In this document: positions 9,432-19,463 of the stretch, piece after piece
Layout of the letters: every line of letters starts with the position of its first letter
How positions within the stretch are numbered: the first letter of the stretch is position 1
Made by a program: the position numbers and the translations under genes
Source of the DNA: Promethearchaeota archaeon
GTDB lineage: Archaea; Asgardarchaeota; Lokiarchaeia; Sigyniarchaeales; SOKP01
Direction: 5' to 3'
Assembly (NCBI GenBank): GCA_019057795.1
Contig: JAHLWS010000075.1
Location: 44,498-108,497 of the forward strand
DNA length: 64,000 nucleotides
Notes under the pieces: model-generated
What the model saw: only the letters and a program-made list of their open reading frames with translations
The model's database searches: none
Told to the model about the DNA's origin: nothing

Positions 9432-10277
9432 ATGCGAGAATTAGTTGACGAATTAAAAGATATCGAACTAGCGATTTTTGACTTAGACGGAGTCATTTAC
9501 CGAGGAGATCTATTAATTTCTAATAGCGACAAAGTGATACAAGAATTAAAAGACATTTCAATTAAAGTTGTATATAATTCCAATAATTCTACTGTTACAA
9601 GACAGATGTATGTCGGGCGTTTAAAGGGTTTAAATATTATAAGTAAAGCGTCTGATTTTTATACTAGCGCTTCGATTACATCGGAAGAAATTACAAATCT
9701 AAAGCAAAATGCAACTATTTTTGTCATCGGTGAAATTGGTTTAAAGGAAGAATTAACAGCAAAAGGTCATAACATTGTCAACCCTTCTTCAAACTATGAA
9801 AAGGTTGATTTTGTCATCGTGGGTTTAGATAGAGAATTCAACTACAAAAAGCTAGTGTTCGCTCAGGATTGTATTTTACAAGGTAAGGCTCAATTCTACG
9901 CTACAAATTCCGATTCAACATTACCTGCTGCGAGTGGATTACTTCCTGGAGCAGGAGTGATGGTGAACGCAGTAGAAACATGTACTAACAAAAAACCTCT
10001 AAAAATTTTTGGTAAACCCAATCCTTACGGGATTCAAATGATATTAAACCATACGAAGGTATCACCGGATAAATCAGTGATATTCGGGGACCGTTTAAAT
10101 ACAGACATTTTAGCGGGAAATCGAGCCAGAATTAATACTGTACTCGTATTAACAGGGGTCACGACTGAACTTGAGGTTAAAAAAATTCAAGAAAAAGCTA
10201 TTCGCTCTCAAGTTATTGATAAGAATTTAATTCCTAATTTAGTTATAAAATCCCTTTTAGGAATTTTTAAAAAATGA
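9432..10277 (+). CDS. HAD-superfamily IIA hydrolase (NagD-like)
   Basis: IFDLDGVIY, SNNS, VGLD, ATNSD, GKPNP, GDRLNTDI..G, VLTGV. ATG at 9432 preferred. Confidence 0.93.
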   Translation: MRELVDELKDIELAIFDLDGVIYRGDLLISNSDKVIQELKDISIKVVYNSNNSTVTRQMYVGRLKGLNIISKASDFYTSASITSEEITNLKQNATIFVIGEIGLKEELTAKGHNIVNPSSNYEKVDFVIVGLDREFNYKKLVFAQDCILQGKAQFYATNSDSTLPAASGLLPGAGVMVNAVETCTNKKPLKIFGKPNPYGIQMILNHTKVSPDKSVIFGDRLNTDILAGNRARINTVLVLTGVTTELEVKKIQEKAIRSQVIDKNLIPNLVIKSLLGIFKK

Positions 10278-10282
10278 GTAGA

Positions 10283-10837
10283 CTAAATTATACCCGCTCT
10301 GTGCATCATTAATTTAGTAATTTCATAAAAAATATCTTCCACATTTCTTCCGTCCTTAGCAGAACATTCAATGTATCCGAAAAGGTTATTCATTTTAGCC
10401 ATATCAAAAGCTTCTTTGCTAGAAACGGCTCGCTTATAGTTTAAGTCTAATTTACTCCCCACCATAATTATAGGTAACTGTTTATCTTGAGCTCCAATGA
10501 ATCCTTTTTTAAAAATTTCCATCCAATCGGGAAAATTTTTCAAACTGCTAAATCTTGTGATATCATACAGAAATATTCCACCAGAAGCTCCAATTACATA
10601 ACTTGGTAAAAGAAATCTGAAGCGAGTCTTGCCAGCAAAATCCCATATCTGAAGAGATATCTTCTTGCCGTCTACTTCTAACTTTTTGACATGAAAATCA
10701 ACTCCAATTGTGATCGTCTGAGCGGATTTAAACACTCCGGTAAGATATCTACCTATTAAAGTAGTTTTTCCAACTCCACCATCTCCAAAAAGACAAATTT
10801 TAAACATTAAATCGCTTTCAACCATTCTTCCCCGCAC
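10283..10837 (-). CDS. Rab-like small GTPase
   Basis: GDGGVGKTT, TIGVDF, WDFAG, GSKLD, ECSAK. Confidence 0.93.
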   Translation of the reverse strand: MRGRMVESDLMFKICLFGDGGVGKTTLIGRYLTGVFKSAQTITIGVDFHVKKLEVDGKKISLQIWDFAGKTRFRFLLPSYVIGASGGIFLYDITRFSSLKNFPDWMEIFKKGFIGAQDKQLPIIMVGSKLDLNYKRAVSSKEAFDMAKMNNLFGYIECSAKDGRNVEDIFYEITKLMMHRAGII

Positions 10838-11114
10838 ACTCGCCTGATTTTGGTCGTTTTAATACATGCTTATGGTAAAAATAAACAAAATTTACCATCT
10901 ATTTTATTTTTACCGTTTTTTAAAAGTTAAAAGTTTAAATTATTATAATAATAAAAGTTTCTTTTTAAAAATTATTTGTTTCCGATACATATTTTACTAT
11001 AATAAAAAGATTTATTGCTTTTTGATTTTTGTTTTCTGTTTCTGTAATGACAGCTTTTTTCAATTAAAAGTTATATTTTAATTTTATAGTTAATTTTTAA
11101 ATATAGGGGATATA

Positions 11115-12278
11115 ATGTCAACGAAAATAAGCATTGTAAACATAAACGATTACGAAAGCATCCCAGATGCTATAGTAGCAGCTATAAGGATGATTGAAGA
11201 AGATTTTCATTTCGACATTCTTAATTGTAAGAACATTCTATTAAAACCCAACCTATTGAGAGCGACTAAAGATGCTTGTACTCAGCCTATTTTCGTAGAA
11301 GGCGTGATAAAATATCTAAAAGAAATTGGAGTGGCAATGGAGAATGTTAGTATAGGAGATTCTCCCGGACAAATAAAAATTTCTGCCGAACAAATTGCTA
11401 AAAAAATAAGTTTACTTGAGGTTTGTGAAAAAGCAAGCATAAAATTCATTAACTTTGAGCGTGATACCCCCGTTCATCATGTTATCGAAGGAGCATTAAG
11501 ATTAAAAGATTATTACGTATCTAATCCTGTAAATGAATGTGACCTATTAATAAATTTACCTAAGTTAAAAACTCACGGAGAAGCCACCATAACTGGAGCT
11601 ATAAAAAATTATTGGGGGATAATTCCAGGAGGGTTAAAAGCAAAATATCATCTATTAGGTAGAAATCCAGAGCAATTTGGGGAAGCTTTAGCAGACAATT
11701 TTTCTTGGGTTGTCAAAAACAAACCGAATCGTTTGATTGTATACGATTTAATTCGCGTTATGCAAGGAACAATGGGTCCTGTGTCAGGAACTATGAAGAA
11801 ATGGGATTTAATTTTAGTTGGGACAGATGAGTTAGCGTTAGATGTTATAGCACTAGAAATAGGAAAATTCAAAGGGCTTAAACACGTTCCTCATCTGAAA
11901 AATACATTTGAACGGAGGTTAGGTGAAGGAGATCTTGATAAAATTGAAATTGTAGGATTATCATTAGAAGAGGCTAGAATTTTAGCTCTAAAATTTAAAG
12001 TCCCTGGAAGAACTATGACGCGATTCGCAAGTTTTATCACTAGGAGCATAGTTTACAAGGTAACTAAAAAAATTCCTATTTTAAAGAAAGAAATATGCGT
12101 AAAATGTGGTCAATGTTTCGAAGTGTGCCCCATAAACGCTATAGATTTTAAAATTGGAGAGTATCCCAAGTATTTAAGAAAAGTATGTATCTCATGTCTT
12201 TGTTGTATGGAAATGTGTCCTCAACAAGCAATTGAAATTAAACTTCGAGGATTTGGTGGACTATTTCATTCGTATTAA
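11115..12278 (+). CDS. DUF362 family protein with C-terminal 2x[4Fe-4S] ferredoxin domain
   Basis: ILLKPNL, IGDSPG, INLPKLKTH....TGAIKN..G, and two CxxCxxCxxxCP motifs. Confidence 0.9.
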   Translation: MSTKISIVNINDYESIPDAIVAAIRMIEEDFHFDILNCKNILLKPNLLRATKDACTQPIFVEGVIKYLKEIGVAMENVSIGDSPGQIKISAEQIAKKISLLEVCEKASIKFINFERDTPVHHVIEGALRLKDYYVSNPVNECDLLINLPKLKTHGEATITGAIKNYWGIIPGGLKAKYHLLGRNPEQFGEALADNFSWVVKNKPNRLIVYDLIRVMQGTMGPVSGTMKKWDLILVGTDELALDVIALEIGKFKGLKHVPHLKNTFERRLGEGDLDKIEIVGLSLEEARILALKFKVPGRTMTRFASFITRSIVYKVTKKIPILKKEICVKCGQCFEVCPINAIDFKIGEYPKYLRKVCISCLCCMEMCPQQAIEIKLRGFGGLFHSY

Positions 12279-13705
12279 TTGTTTTCTTTATTATAAAGAT
12301 CAGCGTAATTTTTTAGAAATAAATAATTTGAAAGTCTCGTATTTTTTATCGACTTTACTTGAACGAATTCGTTTGGGGCGTGAGCAAAACCTCCAATGCC
12401 TAAACCACCAACGACAAAATCTATCGCTAATTCCTTCTGTATCTTGCTTAATGGAGCAGCAGCAGCACTAATTGGCCAAATATGGGTTGATATGCCTAAC
12501 ATATCAAAGCTTTTTATAAGGCTCTTTACTAAAATTGAATCGAGTTTAACTTTAGAGCGCTCGTAACCAATATTTTTAATTAATTCAATTTTAGATTTTG
12601 AATATCTTGCTAAATCAGTTACCTTTTTTCTAATTTCTTTATATATATCGTTAGTAGAGATGTTGTGGGCAAATCTTATATCGATGTTACATTTAGCGTT
12701 GTTTGCAACCATGTTTTTTACCCCATTTTCTAAGTAACCCGATTTTAGGGTGGAAATATTAAAAGTTGGATTGAATAAGTAGTTAACAAAAGATTTTTTT
12801 GTATCATCTTCTAATGTTTGCGTAATTCCGGCTTTATTTTTAATATTCTCAAGATCAATTTTTTTCATTAAATCTTTAATCATGGATTGCTCGTCAGAGG
12901 TCATATTGTAGGGATTACGTAAAGAATTAATTTGAAATTTGTCTTTTGAATAAATAGTACTAAGTAAAGAAATCAAATCAAGCGCAGGATTAGGTACCAT
13001 CGAACTAAAAGCAGAATGTGTTTCCTCATTTGTAGATGTGATTTTTACGGTTAGCGACAAAATACCTTTGTAACCAAGCTTTAGAACAGAATTGCCGTTT
13101 AAATCTTGCTTCATTGAAGGATAATACGCACCTAAACAAGAGTTAAACAAACTTTTTCTGTTTTCAAGTAATTTTAACAAAGTAGGTGAGCCTAATTCTT
13201 CCTCCCCATCGAATAGTAATAGTAGAGAAATTGGAAGCTTTTTCTCTTCTTTCAATATTTTTACTACATTTAGGAAGCATAACAAAGGAGTCTTTGAATT
13301 ATAAGCACCTCTTGCAATTACGCAATTACCTAATCTATCCAAGGGTTTGGGTAATTGCGTTACTTCAGCACCAAAAGGATTGCTAATCCATTTATTTTCT
13401 TTGTTAACTGGTTGCGTATCGTACATCATGTAAATTAATAAAGAATCCTTGATCTTTCCTTTGACCTTAGCTAACAATAAAGGATTTATTTCCCCTTCGA
13501 TCTCTTTAATATCTTCGCAATAATCAGAAATATATGAAATAATAAAATCTTTTGCTTCTATTGTTGCTTCTTTATTTAAAGTAAAACTCGAAATTTTTAG
13601 AAATTTCTTTAAATCTTCTTCAATAAACTTTTTGTTAGTATTACGGATTATTTCCTCGATTTTAGAGCTTTGATTATTCATATATATTAAAATTTTAAGT
13701 CTCAT
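12275..13705 (-). CDS. M20/ArgE-DapE family metallopeptidase-like protein
   Basis: YDTQP..W...PF, ARGA..SK, GEEELGSP, LG.KG, HAPNE. Confidence 0.85.
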   Translation of the reverse strand: MRLKILIYMNNQSSKIEEIIRNTNKKFIEEDLKKFLKISSFTLNKEATIEAKDFIISYISDYCEDIKEIEGEINPLLLAKVKGKIKDSLLIYMMYDTQPVNKENKWISNPFGAEVTQLPKPLDRLGNCVIARGAYNSKTPLLCFLNVVKILKEEKKLPISLLLLFDGEEELGSPTLLKLLENRKSLFNSCLGAYYPSMKQDLNGNSVLKLGYKGILSLTVKITSTNEETHSAFSSMVPNPALDLISLLSTIYSKDKFQINSLRNPYNMTSDEQSMIKDLMKKIDLENIKNKAGITQTLEDDTKKSFVNYLFNPTFNISTLKSGYLENGVKNMVANNAKCNIDIRFAHNISTNDIYKEIRKKVTDLARYSKSKIELIKNIGYERSKVKLDSILVKSLIKSFDMLGISTHIWPISAAAAPLSKIQKELAIDFVVGGLGIGGFAHAPNEFVQVKSIKNTRLSNYLFLKNYADLYNKENN

Positions 13706-13728
13706 TAATATAAATTATTTATTGAAAA

Positions 13729-14133
13729 TTGAGTATTATTATAACGATGAATGAGATAGAACTTCCAAAACCTCAAAGAATTGAAAAATTAAACCAGATC
13801 TTGCATGATTTAAAGAATAAAGGCAAGTTACTAGGTGTTTTATTCGCACATCGCAACGGTGGACTTATCGCTAAAGATTTTAAAGAAGACATAGATTTTA
13901 ATAACTTCACATCGATGTGTGCTTCGGTCTTAGAAAGTGCTACAGGTCTTGGTCGTACAATGGGAGATAGAAAAGTAAATAAAATTATTGCGGAGTTAGA
14001 AGGACAGACAATTGTTATTATTGAATGCGACGAGAAAACATTTTTAGTCTTTGATATTAATCACGAATCCAATTTTAACATAATATTAGAAAAAATAGAA
14101 TTGTATATTCGGAAAATAATTTTTCTCTATTAA
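13729..14133 (+). CDS. Roadblock/LC7 domain protein
   Basis: GVLFAHRNGGLIA....F.SMCASVL..A..LG......I..EL....I.I. Start probably the ATG at 13747. Confidence 0.82.
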   Translation: MSIIITMNEIELPKPQRIEKLNQILHDLKNKGKLLGVLFAHRNGGLIAKDFKEDIDFNNFTSMCASVLESATGLGRTMGDRKVNKIIAELEGQTIVIIECDEKTFLVFDINHESNFNIILEKIELYIRKIIFLY

Positions 14134-14170
14134 AAATGGAAATTTGAAAATAACTAATAGAGATTAACGT

Positions 14171-15433
14171 TTATCTTCGATTATCTATTAGTTTTAAGTA
14201 ATCAAGGCAGATTTGTACAATTTGTCCTAAAGCTTCTTTTTCTATTACTGCTGGCGTATCCTTTCTTGTATGATAGTAGGGCACTAATTCTTCTTTTAAA
14301 TTTAAACCCCCAATGGTAGTAGCGGGAATATTTTTCTTACTAAAGGCTGCTGCGTCAGTTGCACCAAAAGGTAATGGCATTAATTTTACTTTTAAATTCA
14401 CTTTTTTGGCTATTTCTAAAAGAGGTTTAAATACATCGGAATTGTGTTTAGCGCCTATTCCCGGTTCTCTATCATGTATTACGATGATATTTTTTTTAGC
14501 AATGCTATCCATGTTCACAACAGTCGTTCCACTTGATAGTAATTCGTTATAATGCTTTTTTACACATCGTTTTGCGCCTCTTAAGCCTGATTCTTCACCA
14601 GCAAACGAGATTAATCGAATCCTTGTGTGTTTTGGGAATATCTCGCTGTTATCCTTGTTTTCAGATAAATATTTTCCAATCCCTAACACTATAGCAACTC
14701 CGGATAAATTATCGAACGCACCGAGGACAGGCTTTGAGCTGTGGAAAAAAACATAAACTAGTATAATTGGAACGAAAAATATAAAGATAATGCCAAAAAC
14801 TAAAAAGAGAATTGGTAGATCAATTGATAAAAGGAAAAATACTAATTTTAAAATTATCGCAATGAACACTATTCCAACAGCTAAATATCCAATATTTATT
14901 ATAATTTGGCCAAACCGCTTCAAATAGTAGAAAGTGTTAAATTCAAAGGCAGAATCGTGATGTGCAGAAAAGATTATTGTATTTTTCACTTCGTTTTTTG
15001 GATTGATTGTCCCTATAACATTTTGTGATTCCCGTTTAGGAAAGAGAAAATCAAAGATTTCGTGGTATTTCATCACTTCTAAAATGAAATAACTAATCGT
15101 TACCACGATAAGAATTATTGCAATTAATAAGAAGATCATATTTATGGATGCATTTAACGAAATTACATTAATATCTATTAACAACGTTAACCAATAAAAA
15201 ACTCCAGCAATAAAAACCATTATTGCACCGTATTTAATGCCTCCAAGAAAGGCGTGAGGGCTACTAATATATGATTCTTGATGTGTTTCGTCGCAAAAGT
15301 TTTTCAATTCAGATTCTACTCTATTACCTGCTAAGATTTCTTGTTCTGTCCCTGATTCTCGGGGTCCTACCTCGTTACAAATATCTTCTATAAATTTATA
15401 CATGTAATTATTATCAATCATTTTTATCAACAA
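14171..15433 (-). CDS. Membrane-embedded M28 family peptidase
   Basis: GPRESGT, SQNVIG, SAHHDS, GAFDNLSG, GEESGLRG, NMDS, TDAAAF, YHT..D, with TM insertions. Confidence 0.88.
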   Translation of the reverse strand: MLIKMIDNNYMYKFIEDICNEVGPRESGTEQEILAGNRVESELKNFCDETHQESYISSPHAFLGGIKYGAIMVFIAGVFYWLTLLIDINVISLNASINMIFLLIAIILIVVTISYFILEVMKYHEIFDFLFPKRESQNVIGTINPKNEVKNTIIFSAHHDSAFEFNTFYYLKRFGQIIINIGYLAVGIVFIAIILKLVFFLLSIDLPILFLVFGIIFIFFVPIILVYVFFHSSKPVLGAFDNLSGVAIVLGIGKYLSENKDNSEIFPKHTRIRLISFAGEESGLRGAKRCVKKHYNELLSSGTTVVNMDSIAKKNIIVIHDREPGIGAKHNSDVFKPLLEIAKKVNLKVKLMPLPFGATDAAAFSKKNIPATTIGGLNLKEELVPYYHTRKDTPAVIEKEALGQIVQICLDYLKLIDNRR

Positions 15434-15567
15434 ATTATTTTTAAAACATCCGTATTAAGTTAAAAATCAAAATATTAAATAAAAATTCGTTATGTTAAGT
15501 AATAAATCTTTAATTATTAGAAATTTTGATTAATAAAATTAAAAATTAATTGTGAAAGTTGCTATAG

Positions 15568-17610
15568 ATGATGGATAAATTAAACATTAGAAAGGGTATG
15601 ACAGACGATGAGATTGATATTTTGGCCAATAAAGCATTAGAAATGATGACCTTAAAAGAAAAGGTTGATATAATGTCGGGGAAACATTTTTTTATGATGT
15701 TGCTAAAAGATCGAAAATTCGGTGTGCGTTCTTATCCAGGTGGGGGCGTTAAACGATTAGGTATACCTCCATTCTTATTTACGGATGGTCCGCGGGGAGT
15801 AATTATGCCTGGCTCTACTTGTTTCCCTGTATCCATGGCTCGAGGGGGCTCGTGGGACGTTAAACTCGAAGAAGAGGTGGGTGAAGTTATCGGTAAAGAA
15901 GTACGTGCTCACGGAGGAAATCTTTTTGGAGGTGTATGTGTAAACCTTTTGCGACATCCAGCGTGGGGTCGAGCTCAAGAAACTTACGGCGAAGATCCCT
16001 TTCATGTTGGTGAATTTGGGGCTGCTTTATTACGAGGAGTGCAAAAACATAATGTTATGGCCACAGTTAAACATTATGTTGCTAATAGCATAGAACATTC
16101 GCGATTTAAAGTTGATGTACAATTAGACGAGCGAACATTGCGAGAAGTCTATCTCCCTCATTTTAAGCGTTGTATCGAGGAAAATTGTGCTACAGTTATG
16201 ACAGCGTATAACAAAGTTCTCGGCGAGTACTGTGGTCATAATGCTCCCTTATTAAGAGATATACTAAAAGGTGAATGGGGGTTTGAAGGTTTTGTGCATT
16301 CTGATTGGATGAATGGGGTTCACGATACCATTGGTGGGGTCATGGGAGGCTTAGATGTTGAAATGCCCCGTGCAAAATATTACGGAAGAAAACTAGAAAA
16401 AGCAGTGAAACAAGGAAAAGTTCCTTTAAAGTTAATAGAAGATTCCGCAAAGCGAATAATCCGCACAGTGTTAAGATTTACTACTAAAGAAGACTCTCAG
16501 AATTACGATCCTACTTTAATCGGTTGTGATGAACATGTTCATTTAGCTCGCAAAGTTGCCGAGAAGAGCATGGTCTTGCTTAAAAATCAAGGTAAAATTT
16601 TACCTTTTACTTCTAAAGAAGTTGAAACTTTAGCAGTAATTGGTCAATTAGCCGATTTAAAAAATACGGGTGATCATGGAAGCAGTCACGTGCGCCAAAA
16701 TAATATTGTTACGCCTTTACACGGTTTAGAAAATAAATTCGGTGATAAAGTAAAAATAATACATAACGATGGTAGCGATCTTGAAGTTGCTCAACAGATT
16801 GCTCAAAGCGTAGATGCGGTAGTTTTAATGGTTGGTTACACATATAAGGATGAGGGAGAATATATTCCACATATTTCAAAGGGATTAGGAGATCGCATTA
16901 ACCTTGGTTTGAGAGAGAATGAAATTAAATTAATTAATGCCGTATCAAAAGTAAATCAAAAATGTGTAGTTGTCCTTATTGGAGGAAGCGCTATTCTCAT
17001 GGAAGAATGGAGAACAAGAGTCCCCGCTATTTTAATGGCTTGGTATTCAGGTATGGAAGGAGGTAACGCTTTAGCTGACATTCTTTTTGGAGTAATTAAC
17101 CCAAGCGGAAAATTACCCCTTACAATCCCTACAGATCCCACACATTTACCATTCTTTGACATATATGTTGATGAGATTGAATACGGTTACTATCACGGAT
17201 ATACTTTGATGGAAAAGGAAAGTATTGAACCCACATTCCCTTTTGGATTTGGGTTGAGTTATACTGAATATAGATATAAAAACATCCGAGTAGAATCAAC
17301 CGAAGAGAAAATTATTGTTAGTGTGGAAATTTCGAATATTGGAGTTATTGCCGGTGAAGAGATTGTACAGTTATATGTAGGTTTTGAGAATTCTAGCGTT
17401 GATCGTCCCTTAAAACTGTTACGTGGATTTAAGAGAGTCGCTTTAAAACCTAAAGAAACAAAGACTGTATCCATTGATGTGAGGAAAAAAGATTTTGCAT
17501 GGTATAATCCTGATAATAGAGTATGGGAGGTCGAGAGTATCGAATATACTATTTACATTGGAGCTTCATCAAAAAATGAAGATTTACTCACTATACAGAT
17601 TTCTTTATAA
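15568..17610 (+). CDS. Glycoside hydrolase family 3 beta-glucosidase
   Basis: DGPRG, WGRAQETYGEDP, KHY, MTAYN, GFVHSDW, SMVLLKN, NPSGKLP, PFGFGLSYT and a C-terminal Fn3-like domain. Confidence 0.95.
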   Translation: MMDKLNIRKGMTDDEIDILANKALEMMTLKEKVDIMSGKHFFMMLLKDRKFGVRSYPGGGVKRLGIPPFLFTDGPRGVIMPGSTCFPVSMARGGSWDVKLEEEVGEVIGKEVRAHGGNLFGGVCVNLLRHPAWGRAQETYGEDPFHVGEFGAALLRGVQKHNVMATVKHYVANSIEHSRFKVDVQLDERTLREVYLPHFKRCIEENCATVMTAYNKVLGEYCGHNAPLLRDILKGEWGFEGFVHSDWMNGVHDTIGGVMGGLDVEMPRAKYYGRKLEKAVKQGKVPLKLIEDSAKRIIRTVLRFTTKEDSQNYDPTLIGCDEHVHLARKVAEKSMVLLKNQGKILPFTSKEVETLAVIGQLADLKNTGDHGSSHVRQNNIVTPLHGLENKFGDKVKIIHNDGSDLEVAQQIAQSVDAVVLMVGYTYKDEGEYIPHISKGLGDRINLGLRENEIKLINAVSKVNQKCVVVLIGGSAILMEEWRTRVPAILMAWYSGMEGGNALADILFGVINPSGKLPLTIPTDPTHLPFFDIYVDEIEYGYYHGYTLMEKESIEPTFPFGFGLSYTEYRYKNIRVESTEEKIIVSVEISNIGVIAGEEIVQLYVGFENSSVDRPLKLLRGFKRVALKPKETKTVSIDVRKKDFAWYNPDNRVWEVESIEYTIYIGASSKNEDLLTIQISL

Positions 17611-17630
17611 AATACTCAATTAATTTTAAA

Positions 17631-19451
17631 TCATTCAATTTTAAGAGACCCATGATTTGGCTCCCAGTCTAGACTTTGATGCTCAAAAAATTGTTTATAC
17701 AGCTTAGCATATTTTCCTCCTTGTGTGAGTAAAGAATTATGAGTACCCTCTTCAACGATTTGCCCGTTATCCATCACAATTATTCGATCAGCACTCACGA
17801 TAGTTGAGAGCCTATGAGCAATTATTATAGAGGTTCGATTAGATAAAAGCACCTCTAGAGCCTCTTGAATAATTGCTTCAGTATACGCATCAACGCTCGA
17901 TGTGGCTTCATCAAGAATAAGAATCCGCGGGTCAGTCAATATTGCTCGAGCAAAACTAACTAGTTGCTGTTGACCTGCCGATAGTCCTTTTCCCCTTTCA
18001 CCGATCTGTGTTTGCAACCCTTCCGGTAGGTATTCGATTAGTTCTTCGAGGTGCACAGTATTAATTGCGTTCCAGAGATCTTCTTCTGACGCTTCTTGTC
18101 TGCCATATCGAATATTTTCTTCTATAGTACCAGAAAACAAAAAAACTTCTTGCTGTACATTGCCTAGAACACTTCTATAAGAGTTTAAAGACATGTCCCT
18201 AATGTCAATTCCATCAATTTCAATTGATCCCCCTTGAAACTCATAATATCGAGCTAAAAGTGATACCAATGAAGTTTTCCCAGCCCCTGTGTGGCCCACA
18301 ATAGCGATTTTTTCTCCTTTTTTTATGTGCAAATTTAAACCTTTGAATACCCATTCACCTTCTCTATAACAGAAGTCGATATCTTTGAAAATAATTTCTC
18401 CTTCTAAAGTATCGATATCAATTGCGTTTGGATTTTGTCTTATTTTTGGCTCAGAATCAAGGATGTCTAGTATTCGCTCATATGCAGCCATTCCTGAGCT
18501 AAGTTGAGGGAAAAATACGGAGAGGACCATTATGGGGCGGAAAAATTTCTGAAGATAAAGAATAAACATAAAAATTGTTCCGGGTTTAGTTATTCCTTGA
18601 AAGACAAATTGACCTCCAAAAAAAATGATGACAATGAGCGAAATAGAAGCAATTGTTTCCAGCAGAGGCCTCCACATATGAGTTACGGATGTTATTCTAA
18701 ACCCTGCTTTAAAATATTTCTTGTTAGTTTCTTGAAATTGCCTCGAAACCGTAGATTCCTGTCCATAGCTTTTACATACATGTATACCCTCTATTGATTC
18801 AACCATAGCAGCATTTACATTGCCTATTGCTTTTCTGTAAGCTCTACTAACAATTTTAACTAACCGCCTAAGCGACAGAACGAATAAAAAGATGAAAGGA
18901 ATGGCTATCAATGTTATGAGAGCTAATGTCAGATTTAGCCATAGAAGCATTCCAAAGGTCAATACACTTATAAGAAAGTTACCGAAAGTATCCGCTAATA
19001 GGAGCGTAGTATTCCCAAAATCTAAAGCATCGTTAGAAACTCTGGTATTTAGTTTACCGCTCAGATGCTTATCGAAAAAGCTCATATCTTGCTCTTGTAA
19101 TTTATCAAAAATATCCATTCGGAGCTTTTCCAAAAAAAAAGGAACAAACTTTCCTATTTCTTTTCGCCGTAAGAAAAACATTATCCAAATTAGAATAGAA
19201 AGAATAAAGTATAACCCCCCTACTCCCAATACAATCAGAGGATTACTGTTAATACTAGAAAGTTCGTCAATTGCAATTCCAATTAAAAGAGGATTTATAG
19301 TTTCAGCTATCGTAGTAATAAAGATAAACAATGAGATTAGAACTAGACTTTTCCTAAACGGTGCAACTCTCCTAATATACCTGACCAGCAGTTCACGATC
19401 GGAATATTCTCGTTTCTGTTCCTCGTTCATCATTCCTGTATAGAGCCCCAT
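17631..19451 (-). CDS. ABC exporter half-transporter (TMD-NBD), consensus Walker B subunit of a heterodimer
   Basis: GHTGAGKTS, LSAGQQQL, ILDEATSSVD, IAHRLST and a multi-TM N-terminus. Confidence 0.95.
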   Translation of the reverse strand: MGLYTGMMNEEQKREYSDRELLVRYIRRVAPFRKSLVLISLFIFITTIAETINPLLIGIAIDELSSINSNPLIVLGVGGLYFILSILIWIMFFLRRKEIGKFVPFFLEKLRMDIFDKLQEQDMSFFDKHLSGKLNTRVSNDALDFGNTTLLLADTFGNFLISVLTFGMLLWLNLTLALITLIAIPFIFLFVLSLRRLVKIVSRAYRKAIGNVNAAMVESIEGIHVCKSYGQESTVSRQFQETNKKYFKAGFRITSVTHMWRPLLETIASISLIVIIFFGGQFVFQGITKPGTIFMFILYLQKFFRPIMVLSVFFPQLSSGMAAYERILDILDSEPKIRQNPNAIDIDTLEGEIIFKDIDFCYREGEWVFKGLNLHIKKGEKIAIVGHTGAGKTSLVSLLARYYEFQGGSIEIDGIDIRDMSLNSYRSVLGNVQQEVFLFSGTIEENIRYGRQEASEEDLWNAINTVHLEELIEYLPEGLQTQIGERGKGLSAGQQQLVSFARAILTDPRILILDEATSSVDAYTEAIIQEALEVLLSNRTSIIIAHRLSTIVSADRIIVMDNGQIVEEGTHNSLLTQGGKYAKLYKQFFEHQSLDWEPNHGSLKIE

Positions 19452-19463
19452 AATGATACCTCA

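Noticed and set aside
10866-11081. 71-aa ORF between the Rab-like and DUF362 genes
   Set aside because: Low-complexity F/Y/K/I translation of an AT-rich divergent promoter region.
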